From positions 1,280,001-1,344,000 of the forward strand of contig CP122380.1 in NCBI GenBank assembly GCA_024650005.2: 64,000 nt of DNA. The letters run 5' to 3'. The position numbers and the translations under genes are program-made. Source of the DNA: Candidatus Bathyarchaeum tardum. Lineage in GTDB: Archaea > Thermoproteota > Bathyarchaeia > Bathyarchaeales > Bathyarchaeaceae. Of the stretch, positions 1 through 10,716 are shown one piece after another. Each line of letters opens with the position of its first letter. Positions within the stretch are counted from its first letter, which is position 1. Below the pieces are notes generated by a model. It saw only the letters and a program-made list of their open reading frames with translations, was not told where the DNA came from and ran no database searches.

Positions 1-591
1 GATTTTGATAACCTTAGTGCAGCAAAAAACCTTTCAAAAATATTCGAGGTCAAACATGTTTCCATAAATTATTTGACAATGATGATTGTTGACGGCAAAC
101 ACTTGTTCATTTTTAAAGCTCCACCCCCAGACGTGGAAATAAAATATCCATTTTATTTCGCTGAAACCTTTTACTCTAATGATGAAAATTATGTGGAAAG
201 AGTAAATGAACTAATAAATGAAATTTGGAAAAGAGGAACCGCAATTTCAGAGGTAGGTTCAGCAAATTCGTTTGGAGCTCCATTAGTTGAAGTTTCAGAA
301 TCTATAATTACTCGTGATGTTATCAAAACTATGTTATCAAAAAATGCTGGAACAGTATTTGTAACTAGCGATAACAACATTATTGGACTAATTGGTCAAC
401 GGGACATCTTAAACGCCATTATGACCACAGACATAGATAAAGTAAAAGCGAAGGAAATCATGTCTACTCCAATTATTACAATAAAGTCAAATCAATCATT
501 GATTAACGCTTTAGATGCAATTGAAACAAAAAAATTTTCAAGACTTGCTGTAATGAAAAATGGACAACTTGTTGCGATGCTGTCAAATTAA
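1..591 (+). CDS. 5'-truncated protein with C-terminal CBS-domain pair (possibly TrmB-type regulator)
   Basis: Frame is open from base 1 (DFDNLSAAK...). CBS motifs IIGLIGQRDIL, KAKEIMSTPIITI, RLAVMKNGQLVAMLS. The N-terminal part resembles TrmB effector domains (weak). Confidence 0.7.
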   Translation, partial: DFDNLSAAKNLSKIFEVKHVSINYLTMMIVDGKHLFIFKAPPPDVEIKYPFYFAETFYSNDENYVERVNELINEIWKRGTAISEVGSANSFGAPLVEVSESIITRDVIKTMLSKNAGTVFVTSDNNIIGLIGQRDILNAIMTTDIDKVKAKEIMSTPIITIKSNQSLINALDAIETKKFSRLAVMKNGQLVAMLSN

Positions 592-1355
592 GTAATTTAT
601 TTGTAGCTTTTTTACTATGTTTTAATTTTTAATTTTACAAGTTAATTTGTAAAAAGGTAAAATATGGAAAAGAAGTAGGGAGCAAATATTATGGAAGGAA
701 TGAGAACCCCCTACCTCAATCCTAAATTTACTCCAAATACATCTTACGAAGTTTAAAATAAAAAAGTCTGCGAGTGTATAGTTGCAGTCACTAATCAGTT
801 TAACCAAAAATCAATAAGTTAAACCGAAACAGTTAGGCAGATGGATAAGTAGCTGAATTGATCAAAATAAAACATAACTTTTCGATTGTCTGCTCTGGAA
901 GGACAATTCACACACAAAAAATCAGGTGCATAATATTCATTCCTCAGATAGATGGGAAATGTTTGCTTGATAAGAGTTGAACTTCATTAAGAATATTAAA
1001 GAACAAAATAAGGGTTTTAGAAGATAAGAACCAATTCCCTGCCAAGGAATCCAGTCATATGATTTTTTTCTCAACTAAATTAGGTTCAAAATAATTAAAA
1101 TTAAGGATATTATTAGAATGAAAAAAAATATTTTGAAGAAAGAAATAAGCTCAATTATATTCTATCGATATAAATTGGTTCGTCTAACAAACAATTGTTT
1201 TTACTGGAACATAAGAGCTGGAGATATCTTCTTCTCGCCCTTGATCGTTCTCGTCCTTTGAAGTAGACAATTTTTTTTTCCATTTGCTCAACTTGAGCTT
1301 TAATTTTATTTCTGTCATTTGCAATCATGATATTTTAACAACACACCAAGTTTGA

Positions 1356-1487
1356 TTAGCAACAGCACATCACTTCATCGCAACACATTAGCGGCCCTGC
1401 ACTGGGAGTTGTGCATACAATTTCACAACCACAAATATCACAAACATAACAGCAATTTTTGTCTGCTTTATCCATTTTTTCAGACAT
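1356..1487 (-). CDS. Desulforedoxin-like Cys-rich small protein (43 aa)
   Basis: GAGGTGAT RBS before the ATG at 1487. YVCDICG...GPLMCCDEVM matches the desulforedoxin CxxC...CC pattern; 11 Cys in total. Confidence 0.7.
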   Translation of the reverse strand: MSEKMDKADKNCCYVCDICGCEIVCTTPSAGPLMCCDEVMCCC

Positions 1488-1638
1488 TTTATCACCTCTT
1501 AGAATTACAATATCATGATGGAGAAAAAAATTATTATCACTATGTGATAGTGAGAGGTCACTCACATTGGTTTAAATTAAGTTTTTTCTAATATTTAACA
1601 ACAATACAATATTTTTGCTACATTAAGGAGGAATATAT

Positions 1639-2568
1639 TTGAATATGAATAAAAAAAAGCGAATCTCGGTAGTTGTACTAACTCTTTCGGTAACTTTGAT
1701 ATTAGCTTCCATTTCATTGACTTTGGCACAAGACAACGAAGCTACAATAGTGATTTTGCCCTCAGCAGGAGGTAACACAAGTCCAGCGCCAGGAACTTAC
1801 GTTTATCCAGAAGACACAGAAATCACTTTAGAAGCCACACCAGATGATGGGTTCCGATTCTTGTTTTGGGTTGTTTCAGGTGAGTTCACTCCGAATCAAA
1901 GTGGAGAAGGAAGCCCAAATGAAATAATAATTGATGGTGAACCCATACCAATTATTAGATTCCCTACAATAGACTTTCTCACATTCACTAATAATCCGGC
2001 ACAAATAACTTGTGGATTTGGTTACACTTACGAATATCAAGCAGTCTTTGTACCAATAGTTTCTGGAATAGAACAACCGGATCCATTAATTTTCGATCCA
2101 TTAGATACGTTTGGGAACTTCCCAATGTCTTCCAGTGACATCAGTTTTGTGAGTGTTTCTTCAACTGTAGGCGGATTAACAAACCCTGACGTTGGAAATT
2201 ACATATTTGGACAAAATGCTGAACCAACATTAACACTAAGCGCAACGCCAAACGAAGGCTATGAATTCCAATATTGGATAGTTACTGGAGACTATATGCC
2301 AGGACATGGAGCTGGTCCAGCTTTAGACACAAATGTTATACCTGTGAATCCTCTGGAAGTCAGTCACGGAATGGGACACTCATATAACTATGAAGCAGTG
2401 TTCACTCCGATTGATATGGACACAGGAGAACCCCAACAACCTGTTGATGAAACTCATCCTTTCGGCTTATCATCTGAAATTTTGACTGCGTTAATCATAA
2501 TACTTGTCATAGCAGTGATCGTTGCAATAGCCTTCGGACTATACATGTATAGCAAAAGAAGCAAATAG
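1639..2568 (+). CDS. Membrane-anchored surface protein with two InlB-B/Flg_new-like repeats
   Basis: Signal peptide; repeats TLEATPDDGFRFLFW and TLSATPNEGYEFQYW; C-terminal TM helix with basic tail; GGAGG RBS. Confidence 0.8.
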   Translation: MNMNKKKRISVVVLTLSVTLILASISLTLAQDNEATIVILPSAGGNTSPAPGTYVYPEDTEITLEATPDDGFRFLFWVVSGEFTPNQSGEGSPNEIIIDGEPIPIIRFPTIDFLTFTNNPAQITCGFGYTYEYQAVFVPIVSGIEQPDPLIFDPLDTFGNFPMSSSDISFVSVSSTVGGLTNPDVGNYIFGQNAEPTLTLSATPNEGYEFQYWIVTGDYMPGHGAGPALDTNVIPVNPLEVSHGMGHSYNYEAVFTPIDMDTGEPQQPVDETHPFGLSSEILTALIIILVIAVIVAIAFGLYMYSKRSK

Positions 2569-2757
2569 AAAAAAAAAATAACGTAAACCGGAAAAGTTGA
2601 GATTCCCCCTTTTTTTCTCTTTTTTAATATATAATAATTTAAAATTCTTACAAAAAACAAATTTCTAATTATTTTCAGTGTAATCAAAACCTACGATTAT
2701 TAAGCATATCGTAACATTGTTCAAAAGCTAAATTTTGAACAATATTAGCCTTATTCT

Positions 2758-3279
2758 TTATTCATCTGACCATTTTTCAAATTTTAACAATTCTGTTAAA
2801 GGCAACCGTTTTTTCTCAGATATTACCTGCTCTGAAGGGTAACCTAAAAGCATTAGTGCGATAACTCGAACTTTATCAAGAATATCAAAAATTTCTTTAA
2901 GTCTATTTTCATTAAAACCACTTATCCAACAAGTACTAACCCCATATTCGAGCGCTGCCAAACTCAAATGATCTAACGCAATCGCCACATCTATAACATA
3001 GCAGGGTTGACCACAACTCATTATTGGTCCACTTGATTTTGCAAAAGCAACAACGACGACAGGAGCTTCAGCAACAAATTGTTGAGTTTTTGCTTCCTCA
3101 ACCAATTTATGTGTAGTCTCAGAATTTTTAATGATTACAAACCGCCACTCTTGACGATTAAACGCTGAAGGTGCAAACCTAATTGCGTCTAAAATCGTAA
3201 TCAATTTGTTACTGTCAATTTTTTTATCTGAAAATTTTCTCACACTTCTTCTGGACTTTATCGCTTCGATTATATCCAT
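2758..3279 (-). CDS. Nitroreductase family protein
   Basis: AIKSRRSVRKF, APSAFNRQEWRF, LGYP motifs. Confidence 0.92.
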   Translation of the reverse strand: MDIIEAIKSRRSVRKFSDKKIDSNKLITILDAIRFAPSAFNRQEWRFVIIKNSETTHKLVEEAKTQQFVAEAPVVVVAFAKSSGPIMSCGQPCYVIDVAIALDHLSLAALEYGVSTCWISGFNENRLKEIFDILDKVRVIALMLLGYPSEQVISEKKRLPLTELLKFEKWSDE

Positions 3280-3416
3280 AAAATTTTGCTCCTGTTAACT
3301 TCAACTTTTATCTAATTCAAACTAAATTTTTTGATTAACTGATTTGAACGATGTTATTATTTTTCCATTTTTCAAAAAATGGTTTCATAAAAAATGAAAA
3401 TGCAAAGAAACAATCT

Positions 3417-3764
3417 CTATATTGATGGTGTATTCTTAGCCGATGCTTCTGCACATTCAATAGCGCTAGTCATCGCTTCTCTTAGGATTTCTTTTCCTTT
3501 TTCATAAGACATTATCTCATGAACTGTACTAGTACAATATGGAGCATACATGCTAACATACTTGAAAACTTGTTCAGAAGATCCCTCAGCAATTGCATAT
3601 CCTGCCTTGCTTTCAAGGAAAAATCCATAATCTTTCAACATTCCACTTTTCACACGTTTATCTATTGACATCCAAATATGATCCATAAATTTTCTATATT
3701 CTTTAGATTCTTTCGGAAATGGTGCCGCCAAATTTGTACACCATAGTATCAAAAATTTTCCCAT
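3417..3764 (-). CDS. Hypothetical protein (DUF3303-like)
   Basis: Clean ORF; KFLILW...G.F....GYAIAEG pattern. Confidence 0.6.
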   Translation of the reverse strand: MGKFLILWCTNLAAPFPKESKEYRKFMDHIWMSIDKRVKSGMLKDYGFFLESKAGYAIAEGSSEQVFKYVSMYAPYCTSTVHEIMSYEKGKEILREAMTSAIECAEASAKNTPSI

Positions 3765-4005
3765 TTTTTCACATCCAAGAGGTCAACTAACAAGTAGGTC
3801 CCAATAATTACTGATTAAAATTAAAAAAAAAATAAAACAATGCGTGTGTGTATACCATCACAGATTTGTTTTATCCGAAAAGTGGACCATTAGATGAAAT
3901 GACATTATTGCAAAAAGCGGAAAGGAATCTAAATCCAATAATTAGTACAACTACTTTCTTACTTTTTTATTTATGATCAATCAAAAATTTTTAATATTTT
4001 TCTAT

Positions 4006-5439
4006 TCATCTCCTTATTGCATCCCACAATCCATTGAAATTATCTTTTATTGAGCGAACTAAAGTGTGATTAATTTCTTTGGGATCTTCAATGGTCATTA
4101 ATCTATGAATTCTAAAATAGATTGGGGGATGGGGATCCCATCTAATCCAACTTTGAACCTTGTAAGCAGAAACGTCTTGAAACTGTAATCGGCTAAATCC
4201 AATTTTTTCCAACGCTTCAGCAAGGACTTTAGGTTGACCAATTTTAACAGCTGTATCCAAGTCTGCGCGGCCTTCAAAAAATTTGGCAATAAAATATAGT
4301 GAAGAAAGTGAAAGAAAAAGATAGATATATGCAAACCAGAAAAAGGAGGTGAATAAATTCAGGAATAAATAAATTCGAAGCAAATATTCTGAGGTTGTTA
4401 AACCTAACAAAACTAAAGGATCTTGATTTACCAGGTGACTAAACTCGTGTCCAATCACATTTAGAATTTCATCTTCTTGAAGTTGAACCAACAAGCCAGT
4501 AGTGATTAATGTAACTCCTCTTTTTGGACTTGGACCTGTTGCAGCAGCATTTGGGACAGTAGTGTTGGCCAGAACTATTTTTGGTATAGGCGCATTGAAT
4601 TTTTTTGCAACGTTTTCAACGATTTGATAAACATTTATCTTTTTTGTTGACATGTTTTGCGGGTAACAGGTTATTCCATATTTTGAAAAGACTTCATGAG
4701 CAATTTCACACGTTAGAGATTTTCTTAAACCTAGAGTTTTTTGATATATTTCAGACTTTATTGTTACAAATTCTTGGGCACTAAATCTTTGTTTGATTTT
4801 TTGATAATCATCTACTGGAAGATGATATTGAAACAGGTGAACGTTTGGATTCGCAGCAGATATTTGCCAATCTCCAGCTTTTGCTATTAGTTTATCCGAA
4901 AACAAAAATAAAGCAAATTGAAGAACTATTAAAATAATTACTGCATAAAATCCAAACAATAAAAATAGAAAAATACTGATTGTTATAGAAATAATAAAAA
5001 ATATATACATACCACTTGAGAAAATTCGCCCTAGAATACTCTTTTTCATTTGCATCTCTTTTTCAGGTTTGATTTCATCCCCATCCACATAAGCAAAATA
5101 TAACGTAGTTTTTCTTACGGTCTCTTCAAATAATTGAATTGATACCAAAATGTCTTTTTTCACTTGATTTACTAAATCTTCAGAAACTTCTTCGACGACA
5201 GGAATTATTTCCAGTTTGATTATTTCTTTTGCCGTAATTCTTACTTCAAAAATAGCTTCATGCTGATGTCCTACAACGGTAAATGAAAGGTGATTGATTT
5301 CATCAAAAGACATATTCAGATTTGTGAATTGGTTTCTATTTGGGAGAACGCATTTTTGATTAATGAATTTTAGCATATTTTTAAAAAAAGCTGGAGTAAT
5401 TTCAGATGTTACTTCTACTGAAACTGGTTTTGAAAGCAT
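4006..5439 (-). CDS. M48 family zinc metalloprotease (HtpX-like) with long N-terminal extension
   Basis: PNAAATG, GHEFSH (HEXXH), E.RAD and HPP..FRI motifs; TM helices. Confidence 0.9.
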   Translation of the reverse strand: MLSKPVSVEVTSEITPAFFKNMLKFINQKCVLPNRNQFTNLNMSFDEINHLSFTVVGHQHEAIFEVRITAKEIIKLEIIPVVEEVSEDLVNQVKKDILVSIQLFEETVRKTTLYFAYVDGDEIKPEKEMQMKKSILGRIFSSGMYIFFIISITISIFLFLLFGFYAVIILIVLQFALFLFSDKLIAKAGDWQISAANPNVHLFQYHLPVDDYQKIKQRFSAQEFVTIKSEIYQKTLGLRKSLTCEIAHEVFSKYGITCYPQNMSTKKINVYQIVENVAKKFNAPIPKIVLANTTVPNAAATGPSPKRGVTLITTGLLVQLQEDEILNVIGHEFSHLVNQDPLVLLGLTTSEYLLRIYLFLNLFTSFFWFAYIYLFLSLSSLYFIAKFFEGRADLDTAVKIGQPKVLAEALEKIGFSRLQFQDVSAYKVQSWIRWDPHPPIYFRIHRLMTIEDPKEINHTLVRSIKDNFNGLWDAIRR

Positions 5440-5727
5440 TACAATGTTACCTTTAATTTATTTTTTATGGCGTCACAGTGGTTGCTAATTCGAAACCTTG
5501 TATGCTTACAATATGTAATTGGTTATACAAATTGTTTTTCGAATTTTTTAGAGTAATTTGGAAATTAAGTATCTATTCAATTAAAAATAATGTAATTAAA
5601 AATCTGAATATGTATTATTATTTCAAAAATAATGCTTGTCTTTACCATCACTATTATAATAGTGTGTGAATTATTCTCAAGGCATAAGGCAATATTTTTT
5701 ATATTCGTTGCACCCATAAAATAATTC

Positions 5728-5952
5728 ATGTCATTTTTTTTAATTGGTTCTCTGGGATTAATCGGGATTCTTTGTTTGTTTTTATTATTTATTATCGGAA
5801 TATTTGTCATTATTTTTATTGCAAAAGTATTTTTCTTTATTTTACCTGCTGGAATAATCGCTCTAGTTGTTTGGTGGCTCACCGGAGGAAATGAATTACT
5901 AACAGGAATAGCTTTTCTGGTAGTTGCAATATTATCATTAACTAGAAGATAA
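5728..5952 (+). CDS. Small membrane protein
   Basis: Hydrophobic helices ending in RR. Confidence 0.6.
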   Translation: MSFFLIGSLGLIGILCLFLLFIIGIFVIIFIAKVFFFILPAGIIALVVWWLTGGNELLTGIAFLVVAILSLTRR

Positions 5953-6031
5953 AAAACCTAGAAATTTCTAAAATTATTCTTGTTTTTAGTTATGTTTCCA
6001 TAGTAACATCTAGTTATTTTTTAATGAAACT

Positions 6032-6367
6032 CTACATTTGATGTGTACCGTGATCATGTTTGCCGTACGAAGGATCTGCAATGGCAGCTTTTTGTTCTTT
6101 TTCTAGACCTCTTGTGCAATAGTATGCAGTTAAAAAGTTCATTTTTTCATAAATTGGACAAAGTCCACATTTACAACCATGTTCAGCTAATTTTTTGCTT
6201 TTTCCATGGGTAGAAAAACAATAAGCAATATAATCGTCTTTTTTTCCGTAGGCTTTGTATGTTGGACAAGTTGGACAGATACACATGGAATTGAACATTT
6301 CTTCTTTGTTTTTCATGTCTGAAGATGTTTCATTTTTATCCAAAAATAAAACCCCTATAATATTCAA
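6032..6367 (-). CDS. DUF2769-like Cys-rich protein
   Basis: CICPTCPTY...C...GKS...GCKCGLCPIY...YYC pattern; true start may be the internal MKNKEE. Confidence 0.8.
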   Translation of the reverse strand: MNIIGVLFLDKNETSSDMKNKEEMFNSMCICPTCPTYKAYGKKDDYIAYCFSTHGKSKKLAEHGCKCGLCPIYEKMNFLTAYYCTRGLEKEQKAAIADPSYGKHDHGTHQM

Positions 6368-6564
6368 TATTGACTGGTTCTAATGCAATAATGATAACCA
6401 TTAATATTTTTAAATGCAGGACAACTTTTGTTTAAGCATCCATTTCTCCATCTATCCTCGCATTGAACCTCTTGAATTCGACGATTTCTAAAATTCATAT
6501 TTACTTCTAATTCAGGGAAATCAACGAAATTTTGACTTAATTCAGAAAGTTCCAATAACATCAC
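6364..6564 (-). CDS. Small hypothetical Cys-containing protein
   Basis: ORF with four Cys abutting the next gene; no recognised family. Confidence 0.35.
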   Translation of the reverse strand: MMLLELSELSQNFVDFPELEVNMNFRNRRIQEVQCEDRWRNGCLNKSCPAFKNINGYHYCIRTSQY

Positions 6565-6849
6565 CCATTATTTTTCACAATTTAATGTATTTTCGTGAAA
6601 AAGAATTATGTTAATTTAATAATTTAATATAATGCGATTGCAAATATACAATCGCAAATTTTTTTAACAAAGAATTTATTGCCAAAGTTAATTTAAGAAA
6701 AAAATTACACTTTTTTCATTTTGGAGCTTAAGGTATTTTGCTATTTCGTCTTTAAGCGCTTTTTCTGCAATAAGCGTTTTTGACAGGTGTAAAAGTATTA
6801 TATAAAATAAAATAAGATAGGTCGGAGGCACCATTTGCCTCCTGTTAGT

Positions 6850-8049
6850 TTATTGCGACAAAATTTCGTCGAAGGTCATCATTGTTACTTTCAAAGGTTG
6901 CTTTTTCATTGCAGTTGAGATCCGTGCAGCTACTAGATAGCTGATGTTTCGTTCTGAAGCAATGTCAACAAGTCTTTGAGTAATCACGCCGTCAAATACA
7001 ACAATATCTACATCTTTCATTTGTTGAAGTTTTTCAGCAAGTTCCCGAACAGGTAAACGTGCTACTTGGTTCATCTCTTTGTCAAGAAGCACTCCTTCTA
7101 GGGTACCTCCTAACTGTTGAGCAGCTTCAACTATCTGTTTTGGAACAATTTTCTTAATGCGCTCTTTCTTTTTGACTGGACCATCAACAGGTGCTTGAAC
7201 CGTAGGTTTAACCGTAGTTTTTACTGGACTTTTGCTTTTTTCGATTGGAACTTTGGTTTTTAGTGCTTTTTCAATTTCTTTAAAGGTAAGATTTTCTACT
7301 TCTTTGCCTCGGGGTGCGCGTGCAACATATTTGATGTTAGCTACTTGTTTGAGTTCTTTTAGTATAAGGTCTCCACCGCGGTCACCATCTAGGAAAGCGA
7401 TTGCTTCACGTTCGCGACAAAGTTTAATTATGCTTTGTGGGATTTTTGCCCCTTCAACAGCTATTGTATTTTGTATTCCTGCACGTAGTAGTGTAATTAC
7501 GTCTGCTCTTCCTTCTACGACGATTATTTGTTTTGCACTGTTGATTTCAGGTCCAGCAGTTAATCCTTCAGGCCCATAACTTTCGAGTCGTTGAAGCCGT
7601 AACATTTCAGAAACTTCTCTAAAAATTTCGTCAGTACCAGGCATTGTTTCAACAGTCCATTTTTGGAGAACGTCTTTGGCACGGTCAATGATTATTCGCC
7701 GTCTAGCGTCACGAATGTCTTCAATTTTATTTAGAATAACTGATGCTTTACATGGACCTACACGGTCAATGCTTTCTATACTAGCTGCGATAATCGCTGT
7801 TGAAACACGATCTAAGCTAGTTGGAATATTAATTTTTCCAGTTGTTTTATCTTGTTTTGAATCTAAACTTATTTCTATTCTTCCGATTCTACCAGATTTC
7901 TGTAGTTCCCGGAGGTCGAGTTCTGGTCCAAACAATCCTTCTGTTTGCCCAAATAATGCCCCGATCACATCCGGCTTTTCAACTACTCCCTCCACTTCGA
8001 ACCGGGCTCGAATAACATACTTTATCGTAACAGTTTGTGCTGATTTCGT
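6850..8049 (-). CDS. dnaG: Archaeal DnaG (TOPRIM, exosome-associated)
   Basis: KYVIRARFEVEGVVEKPDVIGALFGQTEGL, VVEGRADV, DGDRGG. The conserved N-terminus extends upstream of the GTG at 7995 to an ACG at 8049, preceded by GAGGTGA. Confidence 0.95.
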   Translation of the reverse strand, partial: TKSAQTVTIKYVIRARFEVEGVVEKPDVIGALFGQTEGLFGPELDLRELQKSGRIGRIEISLDSKQDKTTGKINIPTSLDRVSTAIIAASIESIDRVGPCKASVILNKIEDIRDARRRIIIDRAKDVLQKWTVETMPGTDEIFREVSEMLRLQRLESYGPEGLTAGPEINSAKQIIVVEGRADVITLLRAGIQNTIAVEGAKIPQSIIKLCREREAIAFLDGDRGGDLILKELKQVANIKYVARAPRGKEVENLTFKEIEKALKTKVPIEKSKSPVKTTVKPTVQAPVDGPVKKKERIKKIVPKQIVEAAQQLGGTLEGVLLDKEMNQVARLPVRELAEKLQQMKDVDIVVFDGVITQRLVDIASERNISYLVAARISTAMKKQPLKVTMMTFDEILSQ

Positions 8050-8150
8050 TTTGAGTCACCTCAATCATGATAATATAATCTCCATTAAAACTGAGACTAC
8101 AGGTTGAATTAACAGGTCAGTGTCTATTATACTTTGCGACATGAAGTTAA

Positions 8151-8549
8151 CTATTTAAAGTGTTCAACGTAACTAGCTAAACCTTCAATATCTTTCACAT
8201 CGCGACCAACTAGACCCAAAAACATTTTCCAAAAAACAAGATTCGGAGTTATTTTCATCTCTTCTAAACAACGAGCTAACCGGTTAGTCCATTCCTTTCC
8301 GCGCCTATCGAAATCAAACAACAGAATTATTTCCCTTTTACTTGTTTTTTCGATTTCGTCTTGAACATCTAAAAACGATTTTCCAGATGTTTTAGCTAAA
8401 ACTAATTCTCCAGATATTCCTAGCCGACGTAAAGCATCAACATCATTTTTGCCTTCAACAACAATTGGAATGCCCTTTGCAGACTTTTGTTCCAGCCGGT
8501 CCAGTAGATTCTGAATTTTTTCTAACCGTTTTTCAGTTTTTGTTGACAA
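8151..8549 (-). CDS. Small TOPRIM-domain protein (RNase M5-like)
   Basis: IVVEGKNDV..L and DFDRRG motifs. Confidence 0.88.
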   Translation of the reverse strand: MSTKTEKRLEKIQNLLDRLEQKSAKGIPIVVEGKNDVDALRRLGISGELVLAKTSGKSFLDVQDEIEKTSKREIILLFDFDRRGKEWTNRLARCLEEMKITPNLVFWKMFLGLVGRDVKDIEGLASYVEHFK

Positions 8550-8554
8550 TTAAT

Positions 8555-9640
8555 CTACCTGGTTATTTCAATTTTCAACATTTTTTCAAGAGTTTCAGGG
8601 TTTTTACTGAAATGTTCACGAACCGGTTCCAAAATTTTAGTTAACGAGTTAGTGACACCATTTTTTAGGTCAAGAGGATGAATTTTTCCTTCACTGTACA
8701 CATTTGCAAGGGCTTCAAAGCTTTCAAAAGTTTCAGGACCCCCATATTTTGCTGGTCGGGGAATTTCTAAAACATCCATTTCAGGATAAATTATGAGCCT
8801 AGCCAACTCAAGCACTGGATTATTTTTAACTATTTTTGCAGGACAATACGCGTTCTTAATTTTTGAAGAAATATCCTCGACCGAATCGTGAACAAGAATA
8901 CTGCTCTGTGGAATACTTTTAGACATTTTTGAACTGATTTCTACATTTAGTTCTTTGGTTTCCCCGAACTCCCGTTCAACAGTTTGGGGACCTTGCAAAC
9001 CAATAAGAAGGGGAGTGTGAACACAAACAGGTTTTGGCCATTTAAGTTTCTCTGCCGCATCTCGCGCTAACATATGAGCTTTTCTTTGATCAATTCCTGA
9101 ACATGCAACATCAATATCCAACGCATATATGTCGGCAGCCTGCATACAAGGATAAAACACCCACGCAGTTTCGATGTCTTTAAGGCTTGTTTCACGACCC
9201 ATTACAGGCAGGGCACGCCATGTTCGGTTAACTGACACGCTTTTGGCAATTCGAACAACTTTTTCCCAGTATTCAACTTTGTCTGTTATATCAGAAGCCC
9301 AACGAAACTCCACTTTGTCAGGTCCTAATCCAAGGGCAGTAAATATCTGTTTGAGGTACTCTCCACAGGTTCGAATGTTTTCCATTTCTCCCCCTAGTTT
9401 ATTGTTTATCCAAGAATGCCAATCAGCCAAAAAAATAGTGTATTTGAAACCTGCTTTTACTAAATGCTTAATTTTGGCTGAGCACACCAAACCTATTCCA
9501 ATGTGCAATAGTCCAGAGCACTCAAATCCCCAATATGCTCGAGGAGTGTTATTTGTCTCTAGTAATGTTTGGACATCTTGGGGGGTTATTACTTCTGCAG
9601 TATTACGCAGGACTAAGTCAATTCTTTTTTGCAGGTCCAA
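8555..9640 (-). CDS. tyrS: Tyrosyl-tRNA synthetase
   Basis: YWGFECSGLLHIG, YPCMQAADI, GIDQRKAH, KMSKS, HPLDLK. Confidence 0.97.
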   Translation of the reverse strand: MDLQKRIDLVLRNTAEVITPQDVQTLLETNNTPRAYWGFECSGLLHIGIGLVCSAKIKHLVKAGFKYTIFLADWHSWINNKLGGEMENIRTCGEYLKQIFTALGLGPDKVEFRWASDITDKVEYWEKVVRIAKSVSVNRTWRALPVMGRETSLKDIETAWVFYPCMQAADIYALDIDVACSGIDQRKAHMLARDAAEKLKWPKPVCVHTPLLIGLQGPQTVEREFGETKELNVEISSKMSKSIPQSSILVHDSVEDISSKIKNAYCPAKIVKNNPVLELARLIIYPEMDVLEIPRPAKYGGPETFESFEALANVYSEGKIHPLDLKNGVTNSLTKILEPVREHFSKNPETLEKMLKIEITR

Positions 9641-9739
9641 TATGGTGCCCTCTTATCATGTCATGTAAGTTTTTGACTTAAAAAGTTCGTGTCGCAAGAA
9701 TTATTCTTTAAGCAAAAAAGACAAAAAGATTGGTCAACT

Positions 9740-9934
9740 TTAGTCGTCAAAAATGAACAGTTCATCAATTGTTGTTTTCAGGACTTTTGCGACATTGTAT
9801 GCAAGTTTGAGGGATGGATTATATTTACCTTTTTCAAGGTAAAGTATTGTTTCTCGTCTTACTCCTACGTTTCTAGCCAAGTCATCTTGGGTGAGATTGT
9901 GTCGAGCTCTAAATTCTTTGATTCTAGTCCGCAT
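9740..9934 (-). CDS. XRE-family HTH transcriptional regulator
   Basis: [40 protein letters not shown]; TGATG overlap with the upstream gene. Confidence 0.92.
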   Translation of the reverse strand: MRTRIKEFRARHNLTQDDLARNVGVRRETILYLEKGKYNPSLKLAYNVAKVLKTTIDELFIFDD

Positions 9935-10269
9935 CACAAGTCCTCGTTTTTGCTGTAATACCCGCTTAATTGGCCATACGAGATTCCAGAAACCAACATA
10001 ATTGCAATTATTGCCCATCCAGCTTCAAGGTCGGGCAAATCGAAGCATTCTGTTCCGAATATGATAAACAAGGATAATGATACCATGAAAGCTAAACTGA
10101 TATAGTAAGTTCCAATAGCTGCTTTTCCATTAATCTTTGCAGTGTGCTCATCTTGAATGGGGTAACCTGATTTTTTGTCTTTATGAATTTTACACAAAAC
10201 AAGCACTCCAACAAGAATCACAAGAACTGCGTTCAAAATTAAAATTGTTGGCCACACAAAATTGGTCAT
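9934..10269 (-). CDS. DUF2178-like membrane protein
   Basis: Three TM helices, DE.T.KI.GKAA motif, coupled to an XRE HTH gene. Confidence 0.75.
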   Translation of the reverse strand: MTNFVWPTILILNAVLVILVGVLVLCKIHKDKKSGYPIQDEHTAKINGKAAIGTYYISLAFMVSLSLFIIFGTECFDLPDLEAGWAIIAIMLVSGISYGQLSGYYSKNEDL

Positions 10270-10271
10270 TT

Positions 10272-10472
10272 TTACTGTTCCTCCCCTTTCTTACATACAA
10301 AGGATAATGTGTTGCCCGTGCCTATCAGACCTAGTCCGGTTATGCATATAACCGTTGCAACACCTGGGTGGTCAACTGCCATGATTGGTTCTCTATAAGC
10401 AATCAAATATGCACCTACTAAGCATGTTGCCATTCCAAGGAAGAAAATGATGTTGTTCCACTTTTTCAACAT
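10272..10472 (-). CDS. Small two-TM membrane protein
   Basis: GGGGA RBS-like sequence; two hydrophobic segments; operonic spacing. Confidence 0.6.
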   Translation of the reverse strand: MLKKWNNIIFFLGMATCLVGAYLIAYREPIMAVDHPGVATVICITGLGLIGTGNTLSFVCKKGEEQ

Positions 10473-10716
10473 TTTTTCCCCATTGTTAATTTTCAAGGTT
10501 TATTATTTATTTCTAACCTTATGTTAGATATAAATAACATTTATATATTTAAGATTTGCGTACAATTCCACATACAAGGAACCAAAAACAGGACATATAA
10601 GATAAAATTTTAACTAATTAGCTAAATAAGATTAAATATTTTTCAACAATTTACCCGAAAAAGTGACAAATCTTAAATATGTTTTACTAACACATTTGTA
10701 AACCGAAGGTGAAAAA

